This document shows, piece after piece, positions 1 through 15,586 of a DNA stretch of 64,000 bases. This DNA comes from Chrysomallon squamiferum (Eukaryota > Animalia > Mollusca), in contig CM022668.1 of the NCBI GenBank assembly GCA_012295275.1, positions 15,190,001-15,254,000 of the forward strand. Reading direction: 5' to 3'. Under the pieces are notes generated by a model. The model had not been told where the DNA came from and made no database searches. It saw only the letters and a program-made list of their open reading frames with translations. A program made the position numbers and the translations under genes. The stretch's first letter is position 1; the number at the start of each line of letters is the position of its first letter.

Positions 1-2599
1 GAATCATCTACACAAAGACGCAAACATCAAATCTGTTTGAAAGACAGTAGCAAGAATTCAGACAGAAAAAAAAAGAAAGACTCAACAACACAATAGGTCT
101 TTTTTTTTAACTTGCTATTCTCTTTAAGTATATTTTCTCTGACCTTTGCTGCCTGACCCCAGGGTGTTTATACCTTCAGTATGTTGTACCCTAACGATGC
201 AAGAAAACAGCCAAAAAGCAGATACCAATACAATGACGTAAACGAAGACACTGCTCCGCCATTACAGGTAATTAGCTTCAAGCTGGTCGATTGATTACAT
301 GTAAGATAAAGAAGAAAAAAGAAAAGAGAAAAAAAATGTTTACCGTATTTAAGGTCGTAGAAGTCGGTTCATTTATTTCCACGCTGTTGGTTACTTGGAA
401 GTTTTGTTTTTCCTATTTTCTTTCATTAAAAATAGATTTTATTTTGTTATTTTTATTTATTTTTTTATTTATTTCTAGAGATGAATATGCAGTATAAAAC
501 CAGTTAGCCATCTTGTTTATCTGTTTGTCTATTATCACTCCCCCATGCCCATTACTCCTCTCCTCTCTGTGTTTTTGTGTGTGTGAGATCAGGTTTTCCT
601 ATGTTTATTTAGTTATTTATTTCTTCTTCTTCTTCTTCGTATTATTATTATTATTAAATATTCTAAACTGATATTTAACCAAAAAAAAAATAATAATAAT
701 AAAACAGTCCTATTAGGCATAAAATACTTAGATATGTCAGTGTGTGTTTTAAGCAAAGATAGTAATACCATAACTTTGTAACACAACTGCAGGTTTTCCA
801 TTAACAGTTTATCCAATATCACACACACCTGACAGGCAGATAGTCACAAATAGACTGAGAAAAAGGAAAAGAGAGACAGACAGACACACACAGACAGGGG
901 CATTTCAGAAGGAGTAACGGAGAGATACACATAATAAATAACGGCATGTATTGCTCTTTGTAATGTGATATGACATATATTAATATCTGATTTTTTTTTT
1001 TACTAATGTAATGAAATATGATATATGTGGTGTGTATATATATATATATATAAATATGATACGACAAGACATATGATGCACTATATTAAGTATTTCCGTC
1101 TTTATCTCAAGCCACATAGACGCATTAAGTCTTCACTTTTTTATCATATTCAACCATGATCTCTGTCATTTACATTTTACATTTCATATTTATCATGTAA
1201 AATATATATATATATATATTTTAGCTGTATTTCAAATCAGATAATTTTCATCTATTTAGAGATCCACGGCATATTTTTGAAATCTGACAGTATCGTTACA
1301 GTTTCAAGAAAAGAAGAAACGGAGGAAAAAAAAAATGGAAGAAGAAGAAAAAAAAAAAAAAAACCCAACAAATTGCTGAAATACATTTGCTATAATCAGT
1401 AATGTACAAAACGATACCGATATGTTTTGAGTATGAAAATCAACTGGCAGATGAAAACATTTATCAAAAAAGAAAGAAAGAAAGAAAGAAAAAAAAAAAA
1501 AAAAAAGTAAAAAGAAAATGTTATGTAAAACAACAACAATAATTGGCAAGCGCGTTACTCATCCAGATTTCTAGAAGTTTGAAATGCATGCGCAACTGTC
1601 AATTGCGTTTCTGTTTCGTGTTTGCATTTGTGAATGAAAATACAAGTAAAATACTTCTAAAACATATTCCGCACGTCCATATCACACGGAAATAGAAAGT
1701 CTTTAGAATTAACTAACTGCTGTATATGTATTTATCTCTGTTTTAATGAACAGTATGTCTGTGTGTTTTCAGAGAACGCCAAATGATATCTGTATTTGTG
1801 ATGGAAATGTTTTGCCGTGCTTTCAAAACTCTAAATAATTTCGTCTGTATTGGCACGTACACTGAAAATCGCAATACCTGAAATAACTAATAAAATAACA
1901 CAACCAGGCTCCGCTGTTACATACAATGCAATATTAAGATATGCTGTGAAACAATTATTAACAGAACTTTTTTATTTTCAAGTTCAGAATAGATGAAAAT
2001 GCATCATATCTGATTTAAAACATTGATACATGTATACATACGTTTATTGTAGATGAAAACAGTTCAGTAAAATTTCAAAGAACCGTTAATTTTGATAATG
2101 TTTCCATCTGCTCAGATATAGTGAAATATTTCATATTTCTTTTAACACCAAAAATAAATTTGTCTTTATTTCCGCAAGCTTTGCATACGACAATACTTCA
2201 AACATTTCAAAAGACAATTAATGTAGTTTACATTCTCAAGTTCATTCAGATGGAAATCATTTCAAAATTCATTTCAGACAACACGTAATCGTCTCTGTCA
2301 TTGCACGCGCACTGTAAACAACAACACTTTACAGCGATAACAATTATTATTGTTTATATATTTCGACGAGAACAATATTATTACGCACACGTGTCATAAT
2401 ACCTTCAAAACAATAATTAACTTGGCCTTTTGTTTTTGTTTTTTTGTCAGGTAATGTTTGCAGGTGTTAAAACAAACAACAAACGATCTGGCATGTTAAC
2501 AAGGTGCTTTTGGAGGATCCAGTGAACGAATCTTTGCCTGACATTTTCGTGAAGATATGCGCCTGTATAAACGACACTGCGTCACAACTGCAGACATTC

Positions 2600-3023
2600 G
2601 TGTTCAGATTACTAAACATGGATTGTTTGACGTCGGCCCAATCCGGTAAATAACGAATCCGGAATTTTGATTACATCCCCACGGAGCACGCTGTAACTTC
2701 TGCACACTGACGGAAAAGGCCGGAAAAGGCCGGAAATGTAAATGTCATCGTGTGTTTTGACATAGGATTTTCGCAGATGTTACAAAACGTTCGCAGACCC
2801 CGGCTTAGAGCTTCGGAAAACGATTAGCGAAGAAAGTAACATCATAATGGACGTGTCTGTATTTATTGTTTTCGTCTTTTTTTTTTTTTTTTTTTTTCTT
2901 GAGCACCTAATCATCTGTGCTCGAAAAACGAGAGTTATAGTGCTGTTGCTAAAATGGCATCCATAGTTAATGTTGATGGTTTTTTCCTCCTTCTGTGCTA
3001 GAGCATCAAACCACCATTAAACA
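2600..3023 (+). promoter_or_regulatory. ETS/CCAAT promoter-like region with a possible non-coding first exon
   Basis: CCAAT at 2638, tandem CGGAAAAGGCCGGAAAAGGCCGGAAAT at 2711-2737, CpG enrichment, and donor ACA|GTAAGT at 3023/4. Confidence 0.4.
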
Positions 3024-4188
3024 GTAAGTTTCAAATACCAGTGGTATATTCGTCCTATACTAGAGCAGTTGTCAATACCTGGGAACAGTAGAGGCATACA
3101 TCGACACTTTCTTTCTTAATTATTCTTTCTGCGTGTACGTAAGTGTGTGTGTACCTGTGTGCATATTGTGTGTCTGTATGTCTATATATGTGCGTGCATG
3201 CCTACATGTATGTGTTGATATTTAAACACAGCTGAAAAAAAAAAAAAAAAAATTGTAATTTACTAAAAAGATGCGCTTTGAGTCTGACTTGACTTTCGTG
3301 TGAAACAAATAACTGAGTTGAGACGCTAATTATCATACAAAGTCATTTATGATCCATAAATCAGTAATAAAAAGGAAAAAAAAAAAAAAAAGAGAGACAC
3401 ATTAACAGAAATGTTATAAACATAGCCATGTTCTTCCGCCTCCATTTATTATTTTTAATGATTTCATCTGTCAGAATGATATCTTTTTTCGAAACACATC
3501 GTAGGTTATTAATTACAGCAAATGGCTCTCACAAAACGATGGTTTTTTGTTTATCTAGGAAACTGAACAAGACTAAAATATCTACACAGACGTGCGTTGT
3601 GTGTCTAAACGTGTATAAAGTGCACGAAGCCAGATACTGATGAAGTTCTGAATGCGAGAAATTAAAAGTGGTATCTAATGTCATAAATAATTGCAGTGAA
3701 TCAGACAGATGCAAAAATGTCGTAAGAATATTTTATTATTTCTTATTATTAATATATAGGACTTTTTAATTGTGTTAGTATTTAGCAGCTGGAGGTCGCA
3801 GCAATAGTAGTAGTAGTGGTGGTAGTAGTTGTGGTAGTAGTGGTTGTGATGGTGGTGTTTGATATAATAGTACTAGCAGTGGTGATACTGGTAAAGCTGT
3901 AATAGTCGTAGTCATAGAAGTAGTAGTAGTAGTAGTAGTGGAGGTAATAGTAAGTACTAGAATAGAGGCAGTTGTAGCAGAAGTAACAGTAGGAGGAAAG
4001 GTTGTTGCAGTAGTAGCAGCAGCAACGGTGATTGTATGAATAGTAGTAGTATGGTAATAGTAATAATAGTACTAGTAGCAGTAGCACTAATATGATTTCA
4101 TTGTATTATATAATAATAATAATACAAATAATAATAAAAATAATAAAAATAATAATAATAATAATAAAAATAATAAAAATAATAATAA

Positions 4189-4223
<35 letters not shown>

Positions 4224-5316
4224 AACAAAAAATGAAAAAATATATTTTTTAAATTTAGCATGAAGACCATAACATGCTTTCTTATTTCCATACACTATAG
4301 TAACATCTTCACTTCAGTGATATGTTACGTTTACAGAATTTTACACCCACACTTTTAGTGGAAATATGCATATTTCAAAAAACAAACAATTAAATTAAGA
4401 GCGAAATAGTGTAAATTCATCAACAGTAACGTTTTTGTATCAACACACCCCATTTTTTTTTTTTTTCTGTATTTGTCGGCGCATGTCGAACATGCTTGAA
4501 TCATCTTCACAAAAAATAAAGAGCGTTTTAAGCATTTGGCTGAAGCAGACAATGGAAACGTATGTAAAGTTTCCAGAAGTGCTTTATTCCCCACAGTGGT
4601 GCACTTCTGAAAACCTGTGTTATACGAGAAATTCGAGGAAGCTGTTTTAATCAGCGGTGTCAATGTTCATTATTTGTTGTTGCGTTCTGGAGAAGTTCTG
4701 TACACTTCAATTAGTCTTGAAATTATTCTTCTTTCTACGCGGGTCCAGTTAAATAAAACAGATTTGCCACTGTGAGAATATTGCAGGTATTTTAGAACTG
4801 TTAAAAAAAAACACACAAAAAAACTCTCGTTGTATCAAATACAAATACAGATGCGAACCTGCTATGTCTATATGTGTATGTATGTGTATGCATATGTATG
4901 TGTTTGTGTTTGTTACATAAGCCTACAACAGGTATGTGTCTGTCTGTGTGTGTGTCTTTGTCTGCCTATATGTCTGTCTATCTGTATATATATTGAAAAC
5001 TATGATTTATACCTGAACAATTTACACTTGAAGGTAAACTATCAAACGTATTTCATAACACACTTCAGTATTACATGAACCTAGAACGAGTGATGGATGT
5101 GTAATGTAATTATGCCTGCCACTGTCGACTTTGAAGCGAAATACTCACCTGAAAGCGATTTCAGGGTGTGAACCTCCCGCGTGTGTGTGCGTGCGCGATC
5201 ATGTGTAATCAGATAAGAATGTCTGAACGTAACCACCAATGGGAACGTCTGATACACTCAGTCTGCACAATCCATTGCACCATATGGTTTATACAAAAAT
5301 CTGCAGCGGAAAAAGA

Positions 5317-5347
<31 letters not shown>

Positions 5348-5387
5348 GTTTCTTTATCAATCTACGAATTTTTTATATTATTAATTG

Positions 5388-5421
<34 letters not shown>

Positions 5422-6242
5422 TTCTTTTTGTTATTTAATTATTTATTATTGTTATCTGTTTTTTAACTTCTTTTTTCTCTTTATGTGTGTATGTATGTAA
5501 GTATGTATATATATATATATATGTACGTATGTATGAATGCACATATATTCGCATACACGAGCATGCATAATATCATTTACATAAATTTCAATAACAGTTA
5601 ATTAAAAATATAACAATAAAAAAAAACACACACTGAATGTCAAATTCAGACTTCCCTTTCCAGACCTTAACAAACTTGGTACCTTGTGTAATTCCATGAA
5701 TAACAGAAAAACAACAAAGTACGAAGATTTTATTTCTTGATAAGCTTAATAAATAAAAGCAAAAATGTAAATTTTTTTCTTTTCTTAAAATAATTTTCAT
5801 TGCGTGAAATGAATTCCCATAAACTGACTAATATATATGTCTGGAGATTGTTTAGTATCAAATAAATATTACAGCACGGAGGTGTTTGATTAAGAGAGGT
5901 ATTTCAGGTTATATCTGTCTCGTAGTTGCCCATGCAAACCAGAAATGACGTTGTTACGTGAGTTCACTGTAAGTAAATTTGCAGAGAAGGTTCACTTGTT
6001 GTAGTTGTATGATGTGACGTTTTGTGGTTTTGAATAATCTACATGTGTTTCTGTTACTCAGAAGTAAAGGCTTTTATTTATTACTTTACACCAATCTTTG
6101 CTAATAATAAAGTAGTATGATGATGATGATGCATGTCTGCAACGATAAACATCGATGATGACGACGACAACAGCAACAAAATAACAGACAACGTTATTTT
6201 GGCATCCCAGCGTTTTTGAATTCATGAAAATGTTTGCGCTTT

Positions 6243-6655
6243 ATGACTGTTTATCTGACTGACTGACTTACTGATTAAACAAATGACTGTATGACTGACT
6301 GCTAGACTGGTTAAATGGTTGAATGATTGACATATTTATTGACAGAGTAACTAAATCATTGAATGACTCACTGACTGAATGAATATATTAATGTAAAATG
6401 TAATAACTAAATGATTATCTGTCTGACTGACTCATTGTCTAACTGATTGACTGTGACTGTCTGACTCCTGACTAACTGACTGACTGACTGTCTGACTGAC
6501 TGTCTGTTCTGACTGTCTAACTAACTGACTGTCTGTCTGAATGTCTAACTGTCCGTTTGAACTGACTGATTGAATGAATGACTGATTGTAACTGACTGAT
6601 TGAATTAATGAATGACTGTGACTGACAGATTAACTGTCTGAATTAATGCTTGACT
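6243..6655. repeat. Degenerate (GACT/GAAT)n tetranucleotide repeat
   Basis: Read directly. Confidence 0.85.
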
Positions 6656-6781
6656 TGTTCGTACAAAATCAGAAATATTTTATTATAAGTAAATTGGATA
6701 ACTAAGCAAATAACATTACAAATCAATACCAAAGAGGCGATATTAATGATATTTACAAATATTAAGGTAGAACAGAATCAC

Positions 6782-6840
<59 letters not shown>

Positions 6841-8342
6841 TAACAATAACAATAACAATAACAATAACAATAACAGCAGCAGGAACAACAACAGCAACAA
6901 CTAAAGTAATGATAATAATGATGACGGTGATAATAACAAAAACAAATTGTACTGGTGACTTCAGCTATAGCAGAAAAAATAAGAAAAACAAAAACAACAA
7001 CAAATAAACAATCACTGCAACGAAAAGAACGCTAATAAAACATCTGTACTCTTCTTACTCATTAAAAACAAATAATAAACGTGCATTTCATTTCCTGTTT
7101 ATTATTACCCTACTCTCATCAGTCAATTAGTTTAAAACCACGAATCATAAAAGTCTATGAATTCCATCACAAAACTGCTTTCCATATTATCATAAACTTT
7201 CTTTCGTTCTTCTTTATTATTATTCTTTTTAAAATTTGTTTAAAAAAACAAAAACAAAATAGGCTTTATTTTTTTTCGGGACAGCCGCTGATTTAATAAA
7301 ACGCGAGATTCTTGTACGAAAAAAGGGAAGGTGCTCGTGACTCTAGAAACTGTGACATGCGCATTAAAACAAAAAGATGTCAAAAAAAAAAACTGAACGA
7401 AAGCCAGTCTTTCAAACTGAAGTAGCATGCAGACAAACATGAACGTGAATCACATGACGACAAAATGGAGGCAACGAGTTAATTTAATATACGGCTTCAT
7501 TTTCCCGTACATTATCGTAGTCGTCATAAACAATGACGCAATTGTAGTTTTCTTGTACGTTACCGTAGTTATTATAATAATTGTTGTATATGGGTATTTC
7601 TATATGTTTAGCTGAGTATTGATATTTTTTTTGTAGATATGTATGCATAAATTATAAATTAAATAAAATGATTAGTAAATATAATAAAATAAATTAATAA
7701 GAAAAATGAATAAATCTGCAATAATAAAACAATAAATATAAACACTTTTTCATTTCGATGTTGCAAAATACATACACACAAACAAACACATACAAACATA
7801 ACGTCGGCGAAAACCATTTTTTTTCCCAAAAAACCAAAAAGAGAGAGAACGAAAGAAAAAGGTTTTTCTCATTTATTTGAAGTTATTTATTGCAATTCAC
7901 TGTTTCTCGCTAACAGAAAAAAGAAATAGGGTAAAAAAAGAAAGAAAAAAAACCTTTCTTTTACCGTTATTTTCTAACGGGACAAGAGTGAGTGACAAGA
8001 CGTGCAATAAACAAGATATGTAATATCTCAGATTGTATCTTAATTGAACACCTGGCCATTTCTGCAGGTAAAAATAAAAAATTAAGGTTATCTGATACTT
8101 TTATTAATAGTACCAGAGAGGCAATGGTTAAAAAAAAAAAAAAAAAAAAAAAAAGCTGTTTACTTTGAAGTTAAGATCGAATCCATGTTCCTCCTCTTCG
8201 TGGTGAATGAATGAATGAATGAATAAACGAACAGAATGAAACGACAGAAAGAATGAAATTTTGATGAATATATGTATTTTGTTTAACTTTTTGGTTTTTT
8301 GTTTACTTTTTATTACGTGATATAAATTATTTTATAATGAAA

Positions 8343-8514
<172 letters not shown>

Positions 8515-9642
8515 GAAGGGACTGAAAAAGACTAAACTTACATCCGATATCCCTACACGAACTTTCTTTTCTTGAAGATTTTTTTCATGCTCAGTTCCTG
8601 GCATTCGTCATGTCCCAAGAAATTACATCACAGATTCTTCAACACAAGACTTTAAAGACTTCAGAAATAACTTCACATGATATTTATCTGCCAACCGCAT
8701 CACTTACACTTTATCAAACCCTCTGTTCATGTCTAGATTATCTACGCCGTATATTTTTTCCTGATAACACCAATTAGAACATCATAATTACTAAACAAAA
8801 AAGCAAAATGGTCGTCTATATTTTCTCAGCAACTTCAGTATTGCCAAACCGCTGACCCAGTCATCAGTGGAATCGTTTTGTTTATTTATAATTTCTGTGC
8901 AGGAATGTCTTATCATGTACGTGATAACGTTTATTTGAATTTTTGTTGTTTTTTTTCCAGTCGTATATTGAACAAAGAAGAATTGAAAAGAAAATGAAAA
9001 AACGTGGTATGCTTATGAGAGAAATATATGGCAATGAGGAATAATGGCTATTTGTTTATCTATCAACCTACCTACCTACCTATCTACCTATTAATTAATG
9101 TATTTGTTTGTTTGTTTGTTTGTTTATCATTTATAACTATTTAATTTATAACTGCACAGCTGAAGATAAGGACGATAGAGATATTTAGTTACGAAACATT
9201 CACAAACACAGACACACTTAAAACAACACAGATACATTTAAAAATGTCTTTGCGAATTTGTTTGTCTCTATATATATATCTATATATGTATGGATGTTGG
9301 TATGTACTTATGTATGTATGTATGTATATATATATATGAATGCACGTATGCATACATTTATGTGTGTATGTATGTAGTATGTATCTATGCATCTATATTT
9401 GTTATATATGTAAGTTTCAGTTTCTCTGTTAATCAAACCATCTTGTTTTTTAGTTGTTGATTTTTTTTGCTTTCATTTTGCTTTCATTTTTTCCTGTTAT
9501 CATCTTCACGTTCACATCAATGAGTTTGACTCATAACAACTGTTTTAGTACAAACTCGAATCCCTCGAGATTTTCGACGTAGATTTTAATCCTTTTCAAA
9601 TTTAGCCTGCAATGTCCCCGAGATGTTTTTACACGTGTCTCT

Positions 9643-9865
9643 TCTCCCTTCAACATTTCACTTGAACCGCCCTAAAATAGCTCGACAACAATTATTACCA
9701 TCCCTTCCCCATCCCTGTCACCTCCCTGTGATTTACTCCACAAACCTTTCACCCCTTCACAACCACTTGAACCACCCAGAAATACTCCACAAACCTTTTA
9801 ACCCCTTCACAACCACCTGGAACCGCCCAGAATTTCTCAACATAGCTTTCATCCCCTCCATAATC
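9643..9865. repeat. ~49-bp C-rich degenerate tandem repeat, about 3-4 copies
   Basis: Repeated CCCTTCACAACCACTTGAACCACCCAGAAATACTCCACAAACCTTT-like unit. Confidence 0.75.
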
Positions 9866-10418
9866 AGTCTGGATCTTTCCTGGCATTCCAGTTTGGCAAA
9901 TTATTTTGAATCAGAAGCCCAAGATAAGACAACAGTCTACGTAATAAAAGAAAAAGGAAAAAAGAAAAAAAAAGGAGAAGATAATTCTTGAATATTCATT
10001 TTTTAAGCAGTCAGTCATTAGAATGGAGATAGATGTGTTTATAATCTCTATCTAGATAACTAGTCATTATTTTATGAGCTAAGTGACGTTCAGCAGTATG
10101 GATCATTTGATGTTAATTCTAAGTCCTATAACATAGTGAGTGCTGTGTTAGTTTGAAATTATGTGGGTTTGGTTTTGTATTTGTTACGTGGAATGAAAAG
10201 ACTTCGTTCTTTTTTTGTTTTTGTTTTAGCAAATGCAGTATAGTCGACAAAAAAAATAGTAGCAGTTGTCAGGGTTTCTTTTTAACTGAAAAAAAGTATA
10301 ATTTGAGTTTTGAAGGAAATAGTTTGCGTTAATGCGTAAATGTGTGTGTGCGTCTGTGAGTGATAAGGAATAGAAATTGGCAAAAAAGAAACATATATAC
10401 AAACACAATGTAAAAAGA

Positions 10419-10538
<120 letters not shown>

Positions 10539-10995
10539 TAATAATAATACCACCACCACCATCACCACCAACAACAATAGCAATATTAGTTCACGAACGT
10601 CATCAAACACTTCTTCACAATTAAGCGCTAAACTTACAAACCCTAACAGAATATACACTTCAACTACGTGTCCATCAATCTATCCATCCATCCATCCATC
10701 CATCCTTCCATTCAGTATTTAAACTTACTCAAGCAGTACCAAACAGTATTACTAGACTGATCATAAACACTCTCTCATTAGTAAACTGGTTCTTGTAAGA
10801 TATTCCCGTTAACACAGCGCTGTTGTTCTTGGCATAGACTGGGTCGCGAACGTTAATCGCTTACACATGGGATGGGCAGACAAGCGTAACCTACTTGGGT
10901 GATCGGTTAAATATCTACACATGCGGCATGCTGGGTTTGTTTTTATCCGGTTTTCTTTTCAGCTTTTGTTTTTTCTCTCTCACGTTTTTTTTTTT

Positions 10996-11046
<51 letters not shown>

Positions 11047-11891
11047 TCTTATTTTTTATTCTTATTATTATTTTTTTTTTTTTTACCTTCCTGTCGTATT
11101 TCTGTATGTCTCTTCTTGTTCGGTTATAATTAATTGTTTAACACCTGCAGTTTCCATAATGACAAACGGTGTTTCTTGTTTTTACTTCTTTTTTTGTTTT
11201 GTTTTCTTATCCAGTTTCTGTTTTTGTCTTGTTCTTCCTTTTCTTTCTTTTGTTTTGTCTGTTTTGTTGTGTTTTTTTTTTGTCGTATTCTCGTCTCAAT
11301 CATTATGATCGTTAAATAATCATCATAAAGATGATAGTCGTCATCAGCATCACCAGTAACATTAATGACGTCATAGTCATCATCATCATCTTCACCAACA
11401 TCACTACTGTTGTGTTTACATGTCATATGTATTTGTTTTATTCATATTTTTGTCTAATACTTGATGCTGAGTTTTCAGAACATGTTCTATCCAAAAGAGT
11501 ACAAATGACATAGCTTAGTGATTTTTTCCTCTTAATGTTTTGACATCTCTACTAATATAGCTGCTGCTAGTACTGCTACTTCTACTACTACAACTACTAC
11601 TGTTATTATCATTACTGGTTGTTTTTTTGTTGTTGTTATTGTTGTTATAGTTACTGGTTTTATTACTACTAGTACAACAGCTGCTCTACTGCGACTATAC
11701 TACTATTACTATTATTATTAGTAGTAGTTGTAGTAGTAGTAGTAGTAGTAGTAATAGTAGTAGTAGTAGGAGTATTATGCTGTTACCGTTATTATTACTG
11801 TTATGACTACTACTACTATAATAATTAGGATTATAATTTCTTCATCTTCTTCTTCCTATTATTATTATTGTTGTTGTTATTATTGTTATTG

Positions 11892-11925
<34 letters not shown>

Positions 11926-12763
11926 AAAAAAAAAACGAAGGCTGAAACATTTACATGAAAATTTACGAAAACCATCTGCTCCATAAACGAGACAGTAATC
12001 TAATTCACTTTGACGTCATTGCATTATTAAATCTAACATGCACATGCATTTGCACCCGAATCTGCTTATTCCATGCTCATTAAACTCGCCTGGATTTTTA
12101 TGCTCGTTTTAGTGTTTAATGTTTTATAAACATATTTAATACATATCTTGGGGGGGGTATAATTACGTAATATGCAACGGTGATCAGAAATATGGCAGCA
12201 GCGTGCGCGCGCATCATAATTACGTAATAACGTTGATGATATTATCTTCTCGTTCTTTGTGCCAAATAAATTAAACTCGGAACACAGACCACCTCCATAA
12301 ATCAAGCACGGGTCGGCGACAAACAAAGAATGAGGGCTTTGCAGGTCTGTTTTTTTAATTATTATTAATTAGTTTTGTTTCTTCCTCTGGAAGATGTACA
12401 CGTTACGAGTCCAGGGAAAGTTTCAGAAATGACGTAAGTGATTTATCATTCCAGGGACGGGTTTTGGAAGCGAAGAATTGTTTTATTATTTTATTATTAT
12501 TATTATTATTATTCAACTGATGCAATAAAATGACAGTGGGTGGAGTGTCCTGCGATGTAGATACATAAATATATATATATATGCACACACGCATGCACAC
12601 ACACAAACATACACACATACACACACACACACACACACATAAACACATATACAGATAAATTATACGTAACTATATACATACATGCACAAGCATACATACA
12701 TACATACGCACATAAATCACATATATACTAACACGTATATGCATGCTATCATACATGTGTACA

Positions 12764-12800
<37 letters not shown>

Positions 12801-12985
12801 AACACACACACACATACATACATACATATACATACATATATATATATATATACATATACAAAAACACACGTATACATGTATACATGTGCATATTGTTGTT
12901 TTTCTTTTGTTTAGATGTTCTTTTGATGCTGTTGTTTTATGATGTTTTTGTAAAAAAAAAATGAATATCTGTGTGTGTGAGTCTC

Positions 12986-13032
<47 letters not shown>

Positions 13033-13245
13033 TCTTAATAATTTAATATTTTCTTATATGTAATATTTATGTAAAATAAAAACCAAAAAAATTAAATTCC
13101 ACCACGATTCATTAACTGCAGTAATTTCTTTCCTTGCCATTAAGTTCGTAAACCACACTGAAACTGGTTTTAAAAATAATTAGATTATTATCTAGTAAAT
13201 ACAGTTTTATTACAGAAACTCTTCCTTTTCAGAGAGAGAGAGAGG

Positions 13246-13357
<112 letters not shown>

Positions 13358-14146
13358 GAGAGAGAAAACAAAATTAAAGAGACACAGAGAAAGAAGAAGG
13401 TAACGAGAGACAAAAACACAAGACAGAGACAGAGAAAAACCAGAAATGTACACAGTCGAAAACAGAAAGACTGAAAGTTGACAGAGAATATAAATAAAAA
13501 AACGGTGTCAGAGATATTATTCACACCCGTGTCTGTATTAAAACACTGACTGTTACAACTTCACCTAATCACAGAATGTTTCATTAATTTATCAAAGAAA
13601 GCCAAACCTCAGAATCGAATTCTTCACCACTGACCTATCTTCAAACTGCCGAAGTAATCCAGGTGCATTTTAACAACGACGAACAAAAGGTTAGTTCAAA
13701 CTCGATACCGCACCGCGCAGTATTGTGTACGTATTTTCTGCCTTACCTGTAAACAGTATTCACTTGTACCTTTCAAGGCGTATACGTTGTATTTATTCAA
13801 ACTGTTTATTTACTTCGGGACAAAGATACGTGTTTTTATCTACCTCGCACTCAACACCTGTGAAATATCAAGTTTATATGGCCCTCGCCAAGGTAAAATA
13901 ATCATGTTCTCTTTGTAACGTATTTGTTGTTTAATTTGGAGTAAAGGTTAAGGAACGCGATCTGTGAAATGCTAAGATGGCTGACCATATCGAAGTTTGT
14001 AAGAAGAAGGCGAAATATTTGGCCAAAGAGAACTTTGAAGAGACCTTTAATTTGAGTAGGTCTTAATGTCTACGTGTTGCGGACAAAATAAGTAAATATG
14101 TATATGTATATGTATACATGTGTGTGGACAAAATAAATAAATATAT

Positions 14147-14147
14147 A

Positions 14148-14192
<45 letters not shown>

Positions 14193-14221
14193 ATATATAT
14201 ATGTGTATATATATATATGTA

Positions 14222-14262
<41 letters not shown>

Positions 14263-14271
14263 ATATATATG

Positions 14272-14340
<69 letters not shown>

Positions 14341-14355
14341 GTATATATGTATATA

Positions 14356-14401
<46 letters not shown>
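14147..14401. repeat. (TA)n/(TG)n compound microsatellite
   Basis: Read directly. Similar tracts at 12570-12890, 21344-21650 and 41359-41460. Confidence 0.95.
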
Positions 14402-14495
14402 GATTATTCTCCTCTTTGTATACGGAGTGCTATAAGTCCTAATTTGATTTTTTTAAAACGCACACGAAGAAGAAGAAAAACAGAAAGACGCATAA

Positions 14496-14541
<46 letters not shown>

Positions 14542-14874
14542 CCTTACGGACAAAACCGAAACTTTACGAGTGACGTTTCCGCTCCACCTGGATTACGTCA
14601 TATCCTGGAGTCGTTTACAGACGAGGAATAAAACGCACATGACGTGGGTGGATAAACAAATGTTAAATAAGCGGAGTTGCACAAACAAACAGACTATCAG
14701 CTAATTGTTTTTTAAAACAGAAAACTGACACGGAGCAGATACGAGTGTTTGTGTTTTTCAAACTGACAGCGCAGAAAGGAAACCTGAGGCTAATTAATGT
14801 CGCGCTTGTTATGTTTGTGTTTGTCTTCATGTGTGTGTGTGTGTGCATGTATGTGTGTTTGTGTGTGTGTGTGT

Positions 14875-14939
<65 letters not shown>

Positions 14940-15090
14940 TGTGTGTGTCTGTGTGTGTGTGTGTATGTGTGTGTGTGTTTTAATTTTGGTCTGTGTTAGC
15001 CAGTGTGTTTGAGGTCGTTTATGTGTCTGTTTGTCTGTCTGAGTCCGTCTGTCTGTCTGTCTGTGTCTCTCTCTCTGTCGAAGAAGAAGA

Positions 15091-15162
<72 letters not shown>

Positions 15163-15573
15163 TATGTATACACTGATGTATCTATGAATGTATGTACGTA
15201 TGTGTATGTACGTTCGTATACAAAGGATGAGAATACAAAAAATCACCCTGAAAATTTATGAAGAATATGACGATAATGACAACAAAGAAGAAATGATGAT
15301 CATGATGATGACAATGATGATGATGATGATGATGACAATGATGATGATGATGATGATAATGATGATGATAATGATGATGGTGACAACGACGACGATGATA
15401 TCATTAACAAAAAAACAAAAACAAGAAGAGGAACAAAAGAATCCTGTCCACTTACACACCAACCTTTAACTTACTTTGATAAACCAGTATTTAGATTCTT
15501 CATCCTTTCTTTTTGTTCCTTTTCATCCAGCCCTTGGGAAGTCACTCGAAAACGTCACGACGGCTGCAACATC

Positions 15574-15586
15574 TGACCTCTGACCT
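15574..15586 (-). promoter_or_regulatory. Perfect nuclear-receptor DR1 element (AGGTCA G AGGTCA)
   Basis: TGACCTCTGACCT on the plus strand, inside a GC-richer island (15520-15810). Confidence 0.45.

Noticed and set aside
9623-9991. 122-aa ORF with Pro/His-rich repeats
   Set aside because: Explained by a ~49-bp minisatellite whose period is not a multiple of three; no splice or domain support.
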